IMG/VR virus record: IMGVR_UViG_3300038674_000823
Coordinates: 1-33,332 of that record
DNA length: 33,332 bases
Direction: 5' to 3' (one strand)
DNA from: a virus
Taxonomy: Duplodnaviria > Caudoviricetes
The notes below the pieces were generated by a model. It saw only the letters and a program-made list of their open reading frames with translations. It was not told the DNA's origin and did no database searches. A program made the translations under genes and the position numbers. Below are positions 16,578 to 24,234 of this stretch, in pieces. Position 1 is the stretch's first letter; every line of letters starts with the position of its first letter.

Positions 16578-17699
16578 TTGAAGGAACGGTGGTGGAAGGC
16601 GCAGTCCCTTGGCGAGAAAAGCGGAGAGCTTCTGCTCTATGGCGATATAGGCGAGGGTTGGTGGGCCGAGAACAACGCGAAGGACTTTATCCGCGACATC
16701 AAGTCCCTGGGAGCCATCACGGAGCTTGTGGTGCGGATAAACAGCATCGGCGGGGATGTGTTCGCCGGCATGGCGATCTACAACTACCTGCGGAGCCTGA
16801 AAACACACACGACGGTGATCGTGGACGGTATAGCGGCTTCTATCGCGTCGGTTGTGGCCATGGCGGGAGACAAGATAATCTGTCCTGCCAACGGAATGAT
16901 GATGGTCCACAACCCGTGGAGCTTTTCCATGGGCGACGGGGAGGAAATGCGCAAGACCGCGGAACTCCTGGACAAGCTGCGGACTCAGATGGCCGGGGTG
17001 TACGTGGCGAGGACGGGCCTTGAGGAGGGCGTGATCCTCGGGATGATGGATTCGGAAACGTGGATGACGGGCGAAGAGGCCGTGGAGAGCGGTTTCGCCG
17101 ACGAGGTCGGGGAGCCGGTCGAGGCCGCCGCATCTGTGCGGGACGGGTATTTTGCGCTCAGCACGTCGGCCGGCACGGCGAGAGCGAGCATGAAGCGCGT
17201 GAAGGAGATGCGCGCTGATGTGACGGCGTTTTTCCCCCAGGGAAACCAGGGCGAAGGCGGCGAAAACACAAAGAAGGAGGGCAACGGTATGACTCTTGAG
17301 GAGTTGAAGGAGCGATTCCCCGAGCTGTACGCTGCGGTGCTGGACGAAGGCAGATCCGAGGGGGCGAAGGCAGGGGCGGAACGGGAGCGGGCGAGGCTTA
17401 AGGCCCTGGATGATCTGAATCAGCCGGGATGCGGCGAGATTATCGCGAAGGCGAAATACGAGACTCTATCCACGCCCGAGGAGTGTGCGCTTTCGCTTCT
17501 GGCGGCCGCCAGGGCGAAGGGTGCCCTGGATGACCGAAGGCAGGATGCGGCATCGGCTCTTGATGGTGTCGGCGGGATGGTCCCCGGCGGAATGCCGGGA
17601 AGCGACGAGCGGGAAATGGAATCGTTTTTGAGCGTAGTGAAGAGCGTGTCGTCCGGAGTGCGGGCGACCGCGAGAGCATCCGTGAGGGGGGTGGCGTAA
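16578..17699 (+). CDS. ClpP-type head maturation protease with C-terminal scaffold region
   Basis: LYGDIG, INSIGGDV, AASIAS, MMVHNP, ETW, GFAD. A TTG start at 16578 after GGAGGGTGAGG is favoured over 16530. Confidence 0.92.
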   Translation: MKERWWKAQSLGEKSGELLLYGDIGEGWWAENNAKDFIRDIKSLGAITELVVRINSIGGDVFAGMAIYNYLRSLKTHTTVIVDGIAASIASVVAMAGDKIICPANGMMMVHNPWSFSMGDGEEMRKTAELLDKLRTQMAGVYVARTGLEEGVILGMMDSETWMTGEEAVESGFADEVGEPVEAAASVRDGYFALSTSAGTARASMKRVKEMRADVTAFFPQGNQGEGGENTKKEGNGMTLEELKERFPELYAAVLDEGRSEGAKAGAERERARLKALDDLNQPGCGEIIAKAKYETLSTPEECALSLLAAARAKGALDDRRQDAASALDGVGGMVPGGMPGSDEREMESFLSVVKSVSSGVRATARASVRGVA

Positions 17700-18428
17700 G
17701 TGTCCGATGCGAACATGATCGGCAGCATGACGGCGGATAATCTGTTTGCCGGCAGCCAAATGCCGGTGGTGGACGGCGAAGTGGTAATCGCAGAGGGAGA
17801 GGGCTCCCTCGCGAGGGGAACGCTGCTGGGCCGGGCAACGAAGGGAACGGTGACCTTCGAGGCGGAAGCCGCCGCCAAGGGCGATGGAAACACGGGCAAC
17901 GGCACGCTGGTGCTGGATTCGGAAACGCCTGTTCTTGAGGGCGTGGCCGCGGGGGTGTATTCGGTCCGTGTGATCCGTGCGGCCGTGGCGGCTGTGGCGA
18001 CAACGCCGGAGGTTCCGGCCCAGCTTGCTCTTGCGGCGCTGAGGGGGCCGGGCGGCGCCATTCTTGCCGTGTTTGACGTCCCCGGAACGACAGGGGCAAC
18101 CGTGGCGAACGGGGTGAAGTTCGTGATGACCGAGGGGCTGACCCCCTTCGCCGTGGGTGACGGCTGGGATATTACCGTCACGGCGACGGAAACCGAGCCG
18201 TCTGGACTGTATAAGGCTGTTGATTCTGCTGCAACCGACGGGTCTGCGGAACCCCTGGCGGTGCTTGCCTGGCCGGTGGATGCCACCGATGGAGACGTTA
18301 CGGGTGTCGCGTATTTTACCGGCGAGTTCAATGAGGGCGTTCTTGCCTTCGGCGGCGTTGCCGATACGGCGGATACCTTCAGGGAGGCCGCGAGAGCCCG
18401 CGGTCTGATCTTCAGGAAAGTTCGATAG
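17700..18428 (+). CDS. Head decoration protein (gpD-like) with central insertion
   Basis: Between protease and capsid genes. L.RGT.LG at the N-terminus and DGS..P.AVL...DAT...Y.TGEFN at the C-terminus. Confidence 0.8.
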   Translation: MSDANMIGSMTADNLFAGSQMPVVDGEVVIAEGEGSLARGTLLGRATKGTVTFEAEAAAKGDGNTGNGTLVLDSETPVLEGVAAGVYSVRVIRAAVAAVATTPEVPAQLALAALRGPGGAILAVFDVPGTTGATVANGVKFVMTEGLTPFAVGDGWDITVTATETEPSGLYKAVDSAATDGSAEPLAVLAWPVDATDGDVTGVAYFTGEFNEGVLAFGGVADTADTFREAARARGLIFRKVR

Positions 18429-18439
18429 GAGGCGGCGAG

Positions 18440-19486
18440 ATGACTATTAACCTGTACGATCCGAGGACGATGCTGAAGGCCCTGAAGGCAGCCTTCCCCG
18501 CCCAGACGTTTATCCGGGACATGTTCTTCCGGGAACGGAATCCCGTGGTTACCGAGCACGTGGATATTGATATCGTCAAGGGGAATCGGAAGATGGCCCC
18601 CTTTGTGCACCCGATGCGGGCAGGGTCGGTGATGGCCAGAGACGGGTACACGACGAACTCCTACACGCCGGCCATGTTGAAGCCGAAGCGGGGTGCGTCG
18701 GCTCCCGACTGGCAGACCCGTCAGCCCGGCGAGGTGATCTACAGCGGGACAAGCCCTGACGAGCGGGCGACGAAGCTGTATGTCGAGGACCTGCTGCACC
18801 TCGACCAGATCATCACCCGCCGGGAGGAGTGGATGTGTGTCAAGGCTCTGACCGAGGGGAAAGTCCCTCAGAAGGGGGACGGCGTGGACGAGGAGGTAGT
18901 GTTCCCGCTGACCATCACGACCCTGGACGCGGCGGACAAGTGGACTGCCGATACCGGCAAACCCCTTGCGAAGCTGCGGGAGACCCGGACGGCCATGGTG
19001 AAGGCCTCCGGGGTGGCACCGAATACGGCAATCATGGGGACGAAGGCCCTAGAAGCCTTTCTGGCGAACGCGGAGGTTGCGGCGTTTTCGGACAAGAGCA
19101 AGATTCTGCTGACGGAGATCGAGCCGCAGCTCCCGGTAGCTACCCTCGAAACCATGGGCGTTATCTACTGGGGGTACATGCGGGATTCCGGGCTGTACGT
19201 CTATACCTACGACGAGTGGTATTACGACGAGGCCACGGGAACGGAGAAGCCCATGATTGACGAGAGCATCGTGCTGCTCGGGAACCCCGCCGCACGGACC
19301 AGCCTGATGTACGGCGCCTGGACCGAGGCGGACGAGAAGACCGGCGGTGTGGTGACCCACGTCGGTGAAAGGGTGCCTCGGTCGTGGGTGGAACATGACC
19401 CGTCGGTGCGCTGGGTGCAGATGGTGTCCCGCCCGCTGCCCGTACCGCATCAGATCGATGCGTTCCGCGCGCTGAAAGTGGTGTAG
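18440..19486 (+). CDS. Major capsid protein (lambda gpE family)
   Basis: 348 aa. F.RD.FF, MAPFV.P, ITRREEWM, W...DP, SRPLP.P motifs. Confidence 0.93.
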   Translation: MTINLYDPRTMLKALKAAFPAQTFIRDMFFRERNPVVTEHVDIDIVKGNRKMAPFVHPMRAGSVMARDGYTTNSYTPAMLKPKRGASAPDWQTRQPGEVIYSGTSPDERATKLYVEDLLHLDQIITRREEWMCVKALTEGKVPQKGDGVDEEVVFPLTITTLDAADKWTADTGKPLAKLRETRTAMVKASGVAPNTAIMGTKALEAFLANAEVAAFSDKSKILLTEIEPQLPVATLETMGVIYWGYMRDSGLYVYTYDEWYYDEATGTEKPMIDESIVLLGNPAARTSLMYGAWTEADEKTGGVVTHVGERVPRSWVEHDPSVRWVQMVSRPLPVPHQIDAFRALKVV

Positions 19487-19491
19487 GTCCC

Positions 19492-19824
19492 ATGATCAAA
19501 ATCACGAGGGAGCGGACGTTTGCCGGGGGAGCCGGGTTCGGCGATACGATCTCCCTCGGTGAAGACGATGAGCGATGGCTTGTGGACACTGGGCAGGCTG
19601 AATATGTAGAAGCGCCCCCGGTGTCTCCGGAAGCGGAAGAGGTCCCGGTGTCTCCGGAAGCGGAAGAGGTCCCGGCGTCTCCGGAAGCGGAAGAGGTCCC
19701 GGCGTCTCCGGAAGCGGAAGAGCCTCCGCGGGAGGCGGACGGCGGGGGCGGAGGTGGTCATCGCGATGCCGACGTTCAGGGAGCAGGTACGACTGGACGC
19801 GGAAAGCGGCGCCGCGTGGTTTAA
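19492..19824 (+). CDS. Small acidic repeat protein in the gpFI position
   Basis: Directly after the capsid gene. Short N-terminal domain (GDTISL....RWLV..G.AE) plus P(V/A)SPEAEEV repeats. Confidence 0.6.
   Translation: MIKITRERTFAGGAGFGDTISLGEDDERWLVDTGQAEYVEAPPVSPEAEEVPVSPEAEEVPASPEAEEVPASPEAEEPPREADGGGGGGHRDADVQGAGTTGRGKRRRVV
19617..19722 (+). repeat. 27-bp in-frame tandem repeat, about 4 copies
   Basis: CCCGG(T/C)GTCTCCGGAAGCGGAAGAGGT starting at 19617, 19644, 19671 and 19698 (last copy 25 bp). Confidence 0.96.
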
Positions 19825-20107
19825 CGAGAATGAGTTCGCCGACTGGCACGACGTGAACGGAAAACGGCTCCTGTGCGTGCTGTGCGCGGACCGGAGGATG
19901 ACGGATATTCCGCGCCGGAAGGAATCGGAACGCCCCGAGGGAGTGCATCTCAACCGGGGCGTTCTTTTTCTGCGCGCCGGCGACGTGGTCGGCGTGCCGC
20001 GGCGAGGCCAGAAGCTGACGGTGGACGGCAGGCTGTACACGGTGGACGAGGCCCGTCCCATAGGCGGCTCCGTCCTGAGGATAGAACTGGAGGGGAACGA
20101 TTCATGA
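19766..20107 (+). CDS. Head-tail joining protein (gpFII-like position)
   Basis: GGAGG RBS. F.N..EFA..H.VNG and P..GQ.L.VDG..Y.V pattern. Confidence 0.75.
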   Translation: MPTFREQVRLDAESGAAWFNENEFADWHDVNGKRLLCVLCADRRMTDIPRRKESERPEGVHLNRGVLFLRAGDVVGVPRRGQKLTVDGRLYTVDEARPIGGSVLRIELEGNDS

Positions 20108-20640
20108 TCACCGTGGACGGGGCCCAGCTCGATCGGGCACGCGCGGCGCTGGCCGGTATAGACAACGGTTTCGCCAAGGCGGTATCGGCGGCGCTGAACC
20201 GGGCGGCAGACGGCTTTGTGACGGAGGCTGTCCGGGGGACGACGGGGCGGTATTTCGTGAAGGCCGCGGAGGTTCGGAAGGCACTGAAGCTGAAGCGGGC
20301 CGGCGGAAGTTCCCTTTCGGCGACGATTTTGGGGCGGGGGCGGCGGAAGTCGATTTCGGAATATAAGCTCTCTCCGTCCGCCCCGACGCCGGGACGGCGA
20401 AGGGAGCTGATGGGCGCGGTGAAGCGGGACGGCCTGAAGCCGCTTCGAGGGGCCTTCTTCGTGCGGGGGAGGCCCTTTGTTCGTTCCGGCGGGGAGCTCC
20501 GTCCGGTCATTTCTCCGTCGGTTCCGCAGATCGTGAAGAACGAGGAGACGGTGAAGCAGGTCGAGCGGGTGGTTTCTGACAGATTCGGGAAGCGGCTTGA
20601 CCATGAAATTCTTCGGGTGCTGGGGGTGTTCCGGCGATGA
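20104..20640 (+). CDS. Minor tail/neck protein (lambda gpZ-like)
   Basis: Basic protein with A...ALNRA, AF, PSVPQ and RLDHEI.R.L. ATGA overlap at 20104. Confidence 0.8.
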   Translation: MITVDGAQLDRARAALAGIDNGFAKAVSAALNRAADGFVTEAVRGTTGRYFVKAAEVRKALKLKRAGGSSLSATILGRGRRKSISEYKLSPSAPTPGRRRELMGAVKRDGLKPLRGAFFVRGRPFVRSGGELRPVISPSVPQIVKNEETVKQVERVVSDRFGKRLDHEILRVLGVFRR

Positions 20641-21194
20641 TTGCCCTTGGTCTGCAGGATGCCCTCGCGGCGCGGCTGCGGAGGCTGTTCGACGGGTGGA
20701 CCCTTCCGGCCAAGGACGGAGTTTACCGGCCGGTGAGAGTTTTTACCCAGTTTTTGCCCCTGCCGGAAGCCGCCCGGACGGATGGCGCCGATGGGCCGCT
20801 GGTTTTCGACGAGGCTCTTGCGTACGGCGAGGAGGACCTGGAGCGGAATTTTCCCTGTGTGCTGGTGAAGGTGGACGAGGGGAAGGACGCTGACGAAGCC
20901 GGACCATGCAGGGTGTCCGCCCGGCTGCTGGCAGGGGTGTATGACGATTCGTCCGATTGCCAGGGCTACAGGGACGGACTGAATATCCTGGACGCGGTAC
21001 GGCTGGATTTGCTGTCGGACAGGTTTCTTGAGATGCGGTACCGCCTGGCGGTGCCTCTGAAGTGGTACGTCTTCGACGAACAGCCGTGGCCCGTGTTCTT
21101 TGCCTGCATGGAGACGGTGTGGGAGACAGGGAAACCCGCTGAGCAGATTGTATGGAAGGGCGGTGACTGGCGCGATGGCAGCTACACGAAGTAA
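20637..21194 (+). CDS. Probable tail terminator/completion protein
   Basis: Position between the gpZ-like gene and the sheath. FP.V.V, GVYD....GY.D.LN, QPWP.F pattern. Confidence 0.7.
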   Translation: MIALGLQDALAARLRRLFDGWTLPAKDGVYRPVRVFTQFLPLPEAARTDGADGPLVFDEALAYGEEDLERNFPCVLVKVDEGKDADEAGPCRVSARLLAGVYDDSSDCQGYRDGLNILDAVRLDLLSDRFLEMRYRLAVPLKWYVFDEQPWPVFFACMETVWETGKPAEQIVWKGGDWRDGSYTK

Positions 21195-21504
21195 AAAACG
21201 CATGCCGGCGGCCGGGGCGAAGGCCCCTGCGGCAGGACTGAAGGAGGCTGTGAGGGTGAAACCAAAAGATGAGCGGCTGATGTATGTCGGACCGAATATC
21301 CCCGGGGGGCGGCTGATGAGCGGCCAGGTGTTCCGGGGAGGCTATCCTCCCCATTGCAGGGACCTGCTGGAGAAGGTTCCGGAGATCAGGAAGCTGTTTG
21401 TGCCCGTGGACCGCCTGATGGAAGTCCAGCGGAAGCTGAAGGAGCCCGGAAGCAACGAGGCCAGGCTCTACGCGGCAGTGAAGAGCATGAAGGAGGTGGG
21501 GTAG
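21175..21504 (+). CDS. Hypothetical protein preceding the sheath
   Basis: YVGPNIPG...LFVPV..L...KL..PGS. Abuts the sheath start. Exact start uncertain. Confidence 0.7.
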   Translation: MAATRSKKRMPAAGAKAPAAGLKEAVRVKPKDERLMYVGPNIPGGRLMSGQVFRGGYPPHCRDLLEKVPEIRKLFVPVDRLMEVQRKLKEPGSNEARLYAAVKSMKEVG

Positions 21505-22980
21505 GTGGCGTATTCCCACGGCGTGTACAAGTCGGAGGTTCCGACGTCCATTGTGCCTCCGGTGAGAACGGAGGCGGGGCTGCCGGTATTTGTGGGGACC
21601 GCCCCGATTCATCTCGGGAGCGATTCCGGGGCCATGGCCAACGTGAACAAGCCGCAGCTTTGCTATACCTACGAAGAGGCTGTGTCGTTGTTCGGCTTCA
21701 GCAGAGAGTTCGGCAGGTATACCCTCTGCGAGGCCATTTACTCCCAGTTCGCCCTGTTCAACGTGTCCCCGGCGGTGTTTATCAATGTGCTGGATCCGGC
21801 GGAACATACCACAGGGGGAGCGGCCGCGGAGGAGTTCGACCTTGTGGACGGGGCGGCGAATTTGGGAAAGGATGTGCCCCTGAGCCTGGTGACGGTGCCG
21901 AACGTTTCCGGGGTCGCGGAAGATCCCGACGCGGTGGCGGGGGTGGATTACGCCCTGTCGTACAACAGCGACGGCGAGGCCATCCTGACGGTGCTGGAAG
22001 AGGGAATGTTCGCGGAGGCCGTGAAAATCAGCGCGAAGGTGCCGAAGCTGTCTCCCGAAGCGGTGGATGAGTACGACATCATCGGCGGGGTAAATATCAC
22101 CAGCGGCGAATACGAGGGCCTTGAACTGGTGAACGCCGTCTTCCCGAAGTTCCGCATTATTCCGGGATTGCTGGCCGCCCCCAAGTGGTCGGAAAAGCCG
22201 GCGGTGGCCGCGGTGATGGCGGCGAAGATGAGCAATATCAACGGCCATTTCACGGGGGAATCCGTGGCGGACATCCCCAGCGACAGCGATTCCGGGGCGG
22301 ACCGGTACACGGCGGCCCCGGAGTGGAAGAACCAGAATAATTACATACTGCCGAACCAGATCGTCTGCTGGGGCAAGCCGAAGCTCGGCACGGACACCTT
22401 CCACCTCTCTACCCAGCTCATTTCGCTGATGAACCGGACGGATGCCTCGAACGAGGATATCCCCTACGAAAGCCCGTCGAACAAGAGCCTGCAGATGGAT
22501 TCTCTGGTGAACGCCGGCGGGAAGGAGATTCTGCTCGGCTCGGACCAGGCGGCCTACCTGAACGGACAGGGTATCGTGACGGCACTGAACTTCATCGGCG
22601 GATGGAAGGCCTGGGGAAACCGCGAGGCGGTGTATCCCGCCGTGACCGACCCGAAGGACGCGTTTATTCCGATCCGGAGGATGTTCCACTGGATCGGGAA
22701 CGAATTCATCCTGACGTTCTGGCAGAAGGTGGACAAGCCCATGACCCGGCGGCTGGTGAAGACCATCGTGAATTCCTACAACGTGCGCCTGAACGGCCTG
22801 GCGGCGAGGGAGTTCATTCTCGGCGGCAGGGTGGAGTTCCTTGAGGACGAAAACCCCCTGACCGACCTTATCGACGGAATTCTGCGCTTTCACGTGTACG
22901 TGACGCCTCCTCCTCCGGCAAAGGAGATCAGGGCGGTGCTCGAGTTCGACCCGGGCTATTTCAGCACACTGTTCGAGTAG
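21505..22980 (+). CDS. Contractile tail sheath protein
   Basis: Y.HGV, PVFVGTAP, INVLDP, ESPSNK, YLN.QGI.T, WGNR, FI..RR, P.PA..I motifs. 491 aa. Confidence 0.95.
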   Translation: MAYSHGVYKSEVPTSIVPPVRTEAGLPVFVGTAPIHLGSDSGAMANVNKPQLCYTYEEAVSLFGFSREFGRYTLCEAIYSQFALFNVSPAVFINVLDPAEHTTGGAAAEEFDLVDGAANLGKDVPLSLVTVPNVSGVAEDPDAVAGVDYALSYNSDGEAILTVLEEGMFAEAVKISAKVPKLSPEAVDEYDIIGGVNITSGEYEGLELVNAVFPKFRIIPGLLAAPKWSEKPAVAAVMAAKMSNINGHFTGESVADIPSDSDSGADRYTAAPEWKNQNNYILPNQIVCWGKPKLGTDTFHLSTQLISLMNRTDASNEDIPYESPSNKSLQMDSLVNAGGKEILLGSDQAAYLNGQGIVTALNFIGGWKAWGNREAVYPAVTDPKDAFIPIRRMFHWIGNEFILTFWQKVDKPMTRRLVKTIVNSYNVRLNGLAAREFILGGRVEFLEDENPLTDLIDGILRFHVYVTPPPPAKEIRAVLEFDPGYFSTLFE

Positions 22981-22994
22981 GAGGGGGGATCTGA

Positions 22995-23519
22995 ATGTCC
23001 AATATAGTGCCGGAGAAGAATATCAATTTTTCCGTGTACCTTGAGGGGGGCGACCTGCTCGGGGTTGCCGAGGTGGCGCTGCCCTCCTTCGAGGCCATGA
23101 CGGAGACGGTGAAGGGGGCGGGGGTGGCCGGCGAGTTTGATTCCATCGTGCTCGGTCATTTCGGCTCCATGGCGGTGACCCTGAACTGGCGGAACGTGAC
23201 GGACAGCGCCATCAAGCTGCTGAGGCCGGCGGCCCATAACCTGGACCTGTACGGGGCGCTGCAGGATTACGATGCGGGCCGGGGGGAGTATGTGGTGCGG
23301 CAGATTCACATTTTCTGCAAGGCCGTGCCGAAGGTGCTGGACCCCGGGAAGTTTTCCGTCGGAGAGATGGCGGACGGTTCTACGGAGCTGGAAATCCATT
23401 ACCTGCTCCTGGAGCGGGACGGTGTGCCCAGGGTGGAGCTGGATAAGTTCAATTACATCTTCCGGGTGGATGGTGTCGATTATCTGGCCGAGGTCCGGAA
23501 GGCCCTCGGAAAGAGCTAG
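22995..23519 (+). CDS. Tail tube protein (P2 FII family)
   Basis: NF.VY, LP, T..GAG.AGE, E.DK.N....DGVDYL. 174 aa directly after the sheath. Confidence 0.92.
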   Translation: MSNIVPEKNINFSVYLEGGDLLGVAEVALPSFEAMTETVKGAGVAGEFDSIVLGHFGSMAVTLNWRNVTDSAIKLLRPAAHNLDLYGALQDYDAGRGEYVVRQIHIFCKAVPKVLDPGKFSVGEMADGSTELEIHYLLLERDGVPRVELDKFNYIFRVDGVDYLAEVRKALGKS

Positions 23520-23531
23520 GGAGGATCGAAA

Positions 23532-23879
23532 ATGGCAAAGGTCGTATTAAGCACTCCTCTGAAATACAAGGGGAGCGAGCTGCGGGAGATTGAGCTGAAG
23601 CTGGAAGGCCTGACGGGACGGGACCTGATCGACGTGGAAACCCAGATGAACAGCGAGGGGAAATTCGCGCTGATGGCAGACTACAGCAAGCTGTATCTGT
23701 CCAGAGTGGGGGCGAAGGCCGCGGGACTTCCCGTGGAGGTGCTGGAGACTCTGGGGGCAAAAGATTTCAACAAAATCGTGACGGCGGTGCAGCTTTTTTT
23801 CATGGGGTCGGACTCTCCCGCCCCGTCGGGCAGCGGCGCATCTCCGGCGGTTCCGGAGATTCAGCGGGAAAAATCCTGA
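23532..23879 (+). CDS. Tail assembly chaperone (gpE/gp41-like)
   Basis: L..P......EI.L..LTGRD, L.AKDF..I...VQ.F. Position between tube and tape measure. Confidence 0.88.
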   Translation: MAKVVLSTPLKYKGSELREIELKLEGLTGRDLIDVETQMNSEGKFALMADYSKLYLSRVGAKAAGLPVEVLETLGAKDFNKIVTAVQLFFMGSDSPAPSGSGASPAVPEIQREKS

Positions 23880-24034
23880 AGCGTCTTGCGGTGAGGCTCG
23901 CCCGGGCGGACACGGGGACGTCGGCTGATGTCTGGCTGGCGTTCCCCGTGGCCGATCTGCCCTCATGGTGCGAGGTTGTCAGGGAAGAGCAGGAGCTTGT
24001 GCGGAAAGAGGCTAGAAGAAAATCCCACGGATGA
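23795..24034 (+). CDS. -1 frameshift extension of the tail chaperone (E+E'/G-T type)
   Basis: In-frame slippery T TTT TTC at 23795-23801. The -1 frame is open to TGA 24032-24034 (...ILKRLAVRLARADTGTSADVWLAFPVADLPSWCEVVREEQE...). Confidence 0.78.
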   Translation, partial: FFHGVGLSRPVGQRRISGGSGDSAGKILKRLAVRLARADTGTSADVWLAFPVADLPSWCEVVREEQELVRKEARRKSHG

Positions 24035-24182
24035 AACTCCATGCAAAGGCGAGAATCACTGCGAAGATGACGGCGCCGAACAGGGCGAGGAGCAAATAGC
24101 CGGAGAGTTCGGCAAGGTGACGGGCGGCGGCTGCCACCGTTCCGGCCATGGCCGCTGCCCGGCGGGAGGCGGTTCTGATCAC
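24012..24182 (-). CDS. Small membrane protein (56 aa), antisense moron
   Basis: Minus-strand AAAAAGGAGG RBS, GTG start, C-terminal hydrophobic helix YLLLALFGAVIFAVILAFAWSFI. Confidence 0.7.
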   Translation of the reverse strand: MIRTASRRAAAMAGTVAAAARHLAELSGYLLLALFGAVIFAVILAFAWSFIRGIFF

Positions 24183-24207
24183 GGAGGACCCCTCCTTTTT
24201 TCTTTTT

Positions 24208-24216
24208 ATTGTAGCA
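24208..24216 (-). promoter_or_regulatory. Extended -10 promoter for the antisense gene
   Basis: TGcTACAAT on the minus strand directly upstream of the A-rich leader and RBS. No clear -35. Confidence 0.55.
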
Positions 24217-24234
24217 CTGAAGGGGGGTGAGCGG

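Noticed and set aside
19617-19722. 27-bp repeats as a CRISPR array
   Set aside because: Head-to-tail with no spacers, in frame in a CDS, and no cas genes.
20743-22893. 716-aa minus-strand ORF, and similar long antisense ORFs (758-1945, 2610-3899, 3948-5150, 8209-9780, 17420-18799, 19950-21203)
   Set aside because: They mirror well-supported + strand genes and have no recognisable motifs. They are shadow ORFs expected from high-GC codon bias.
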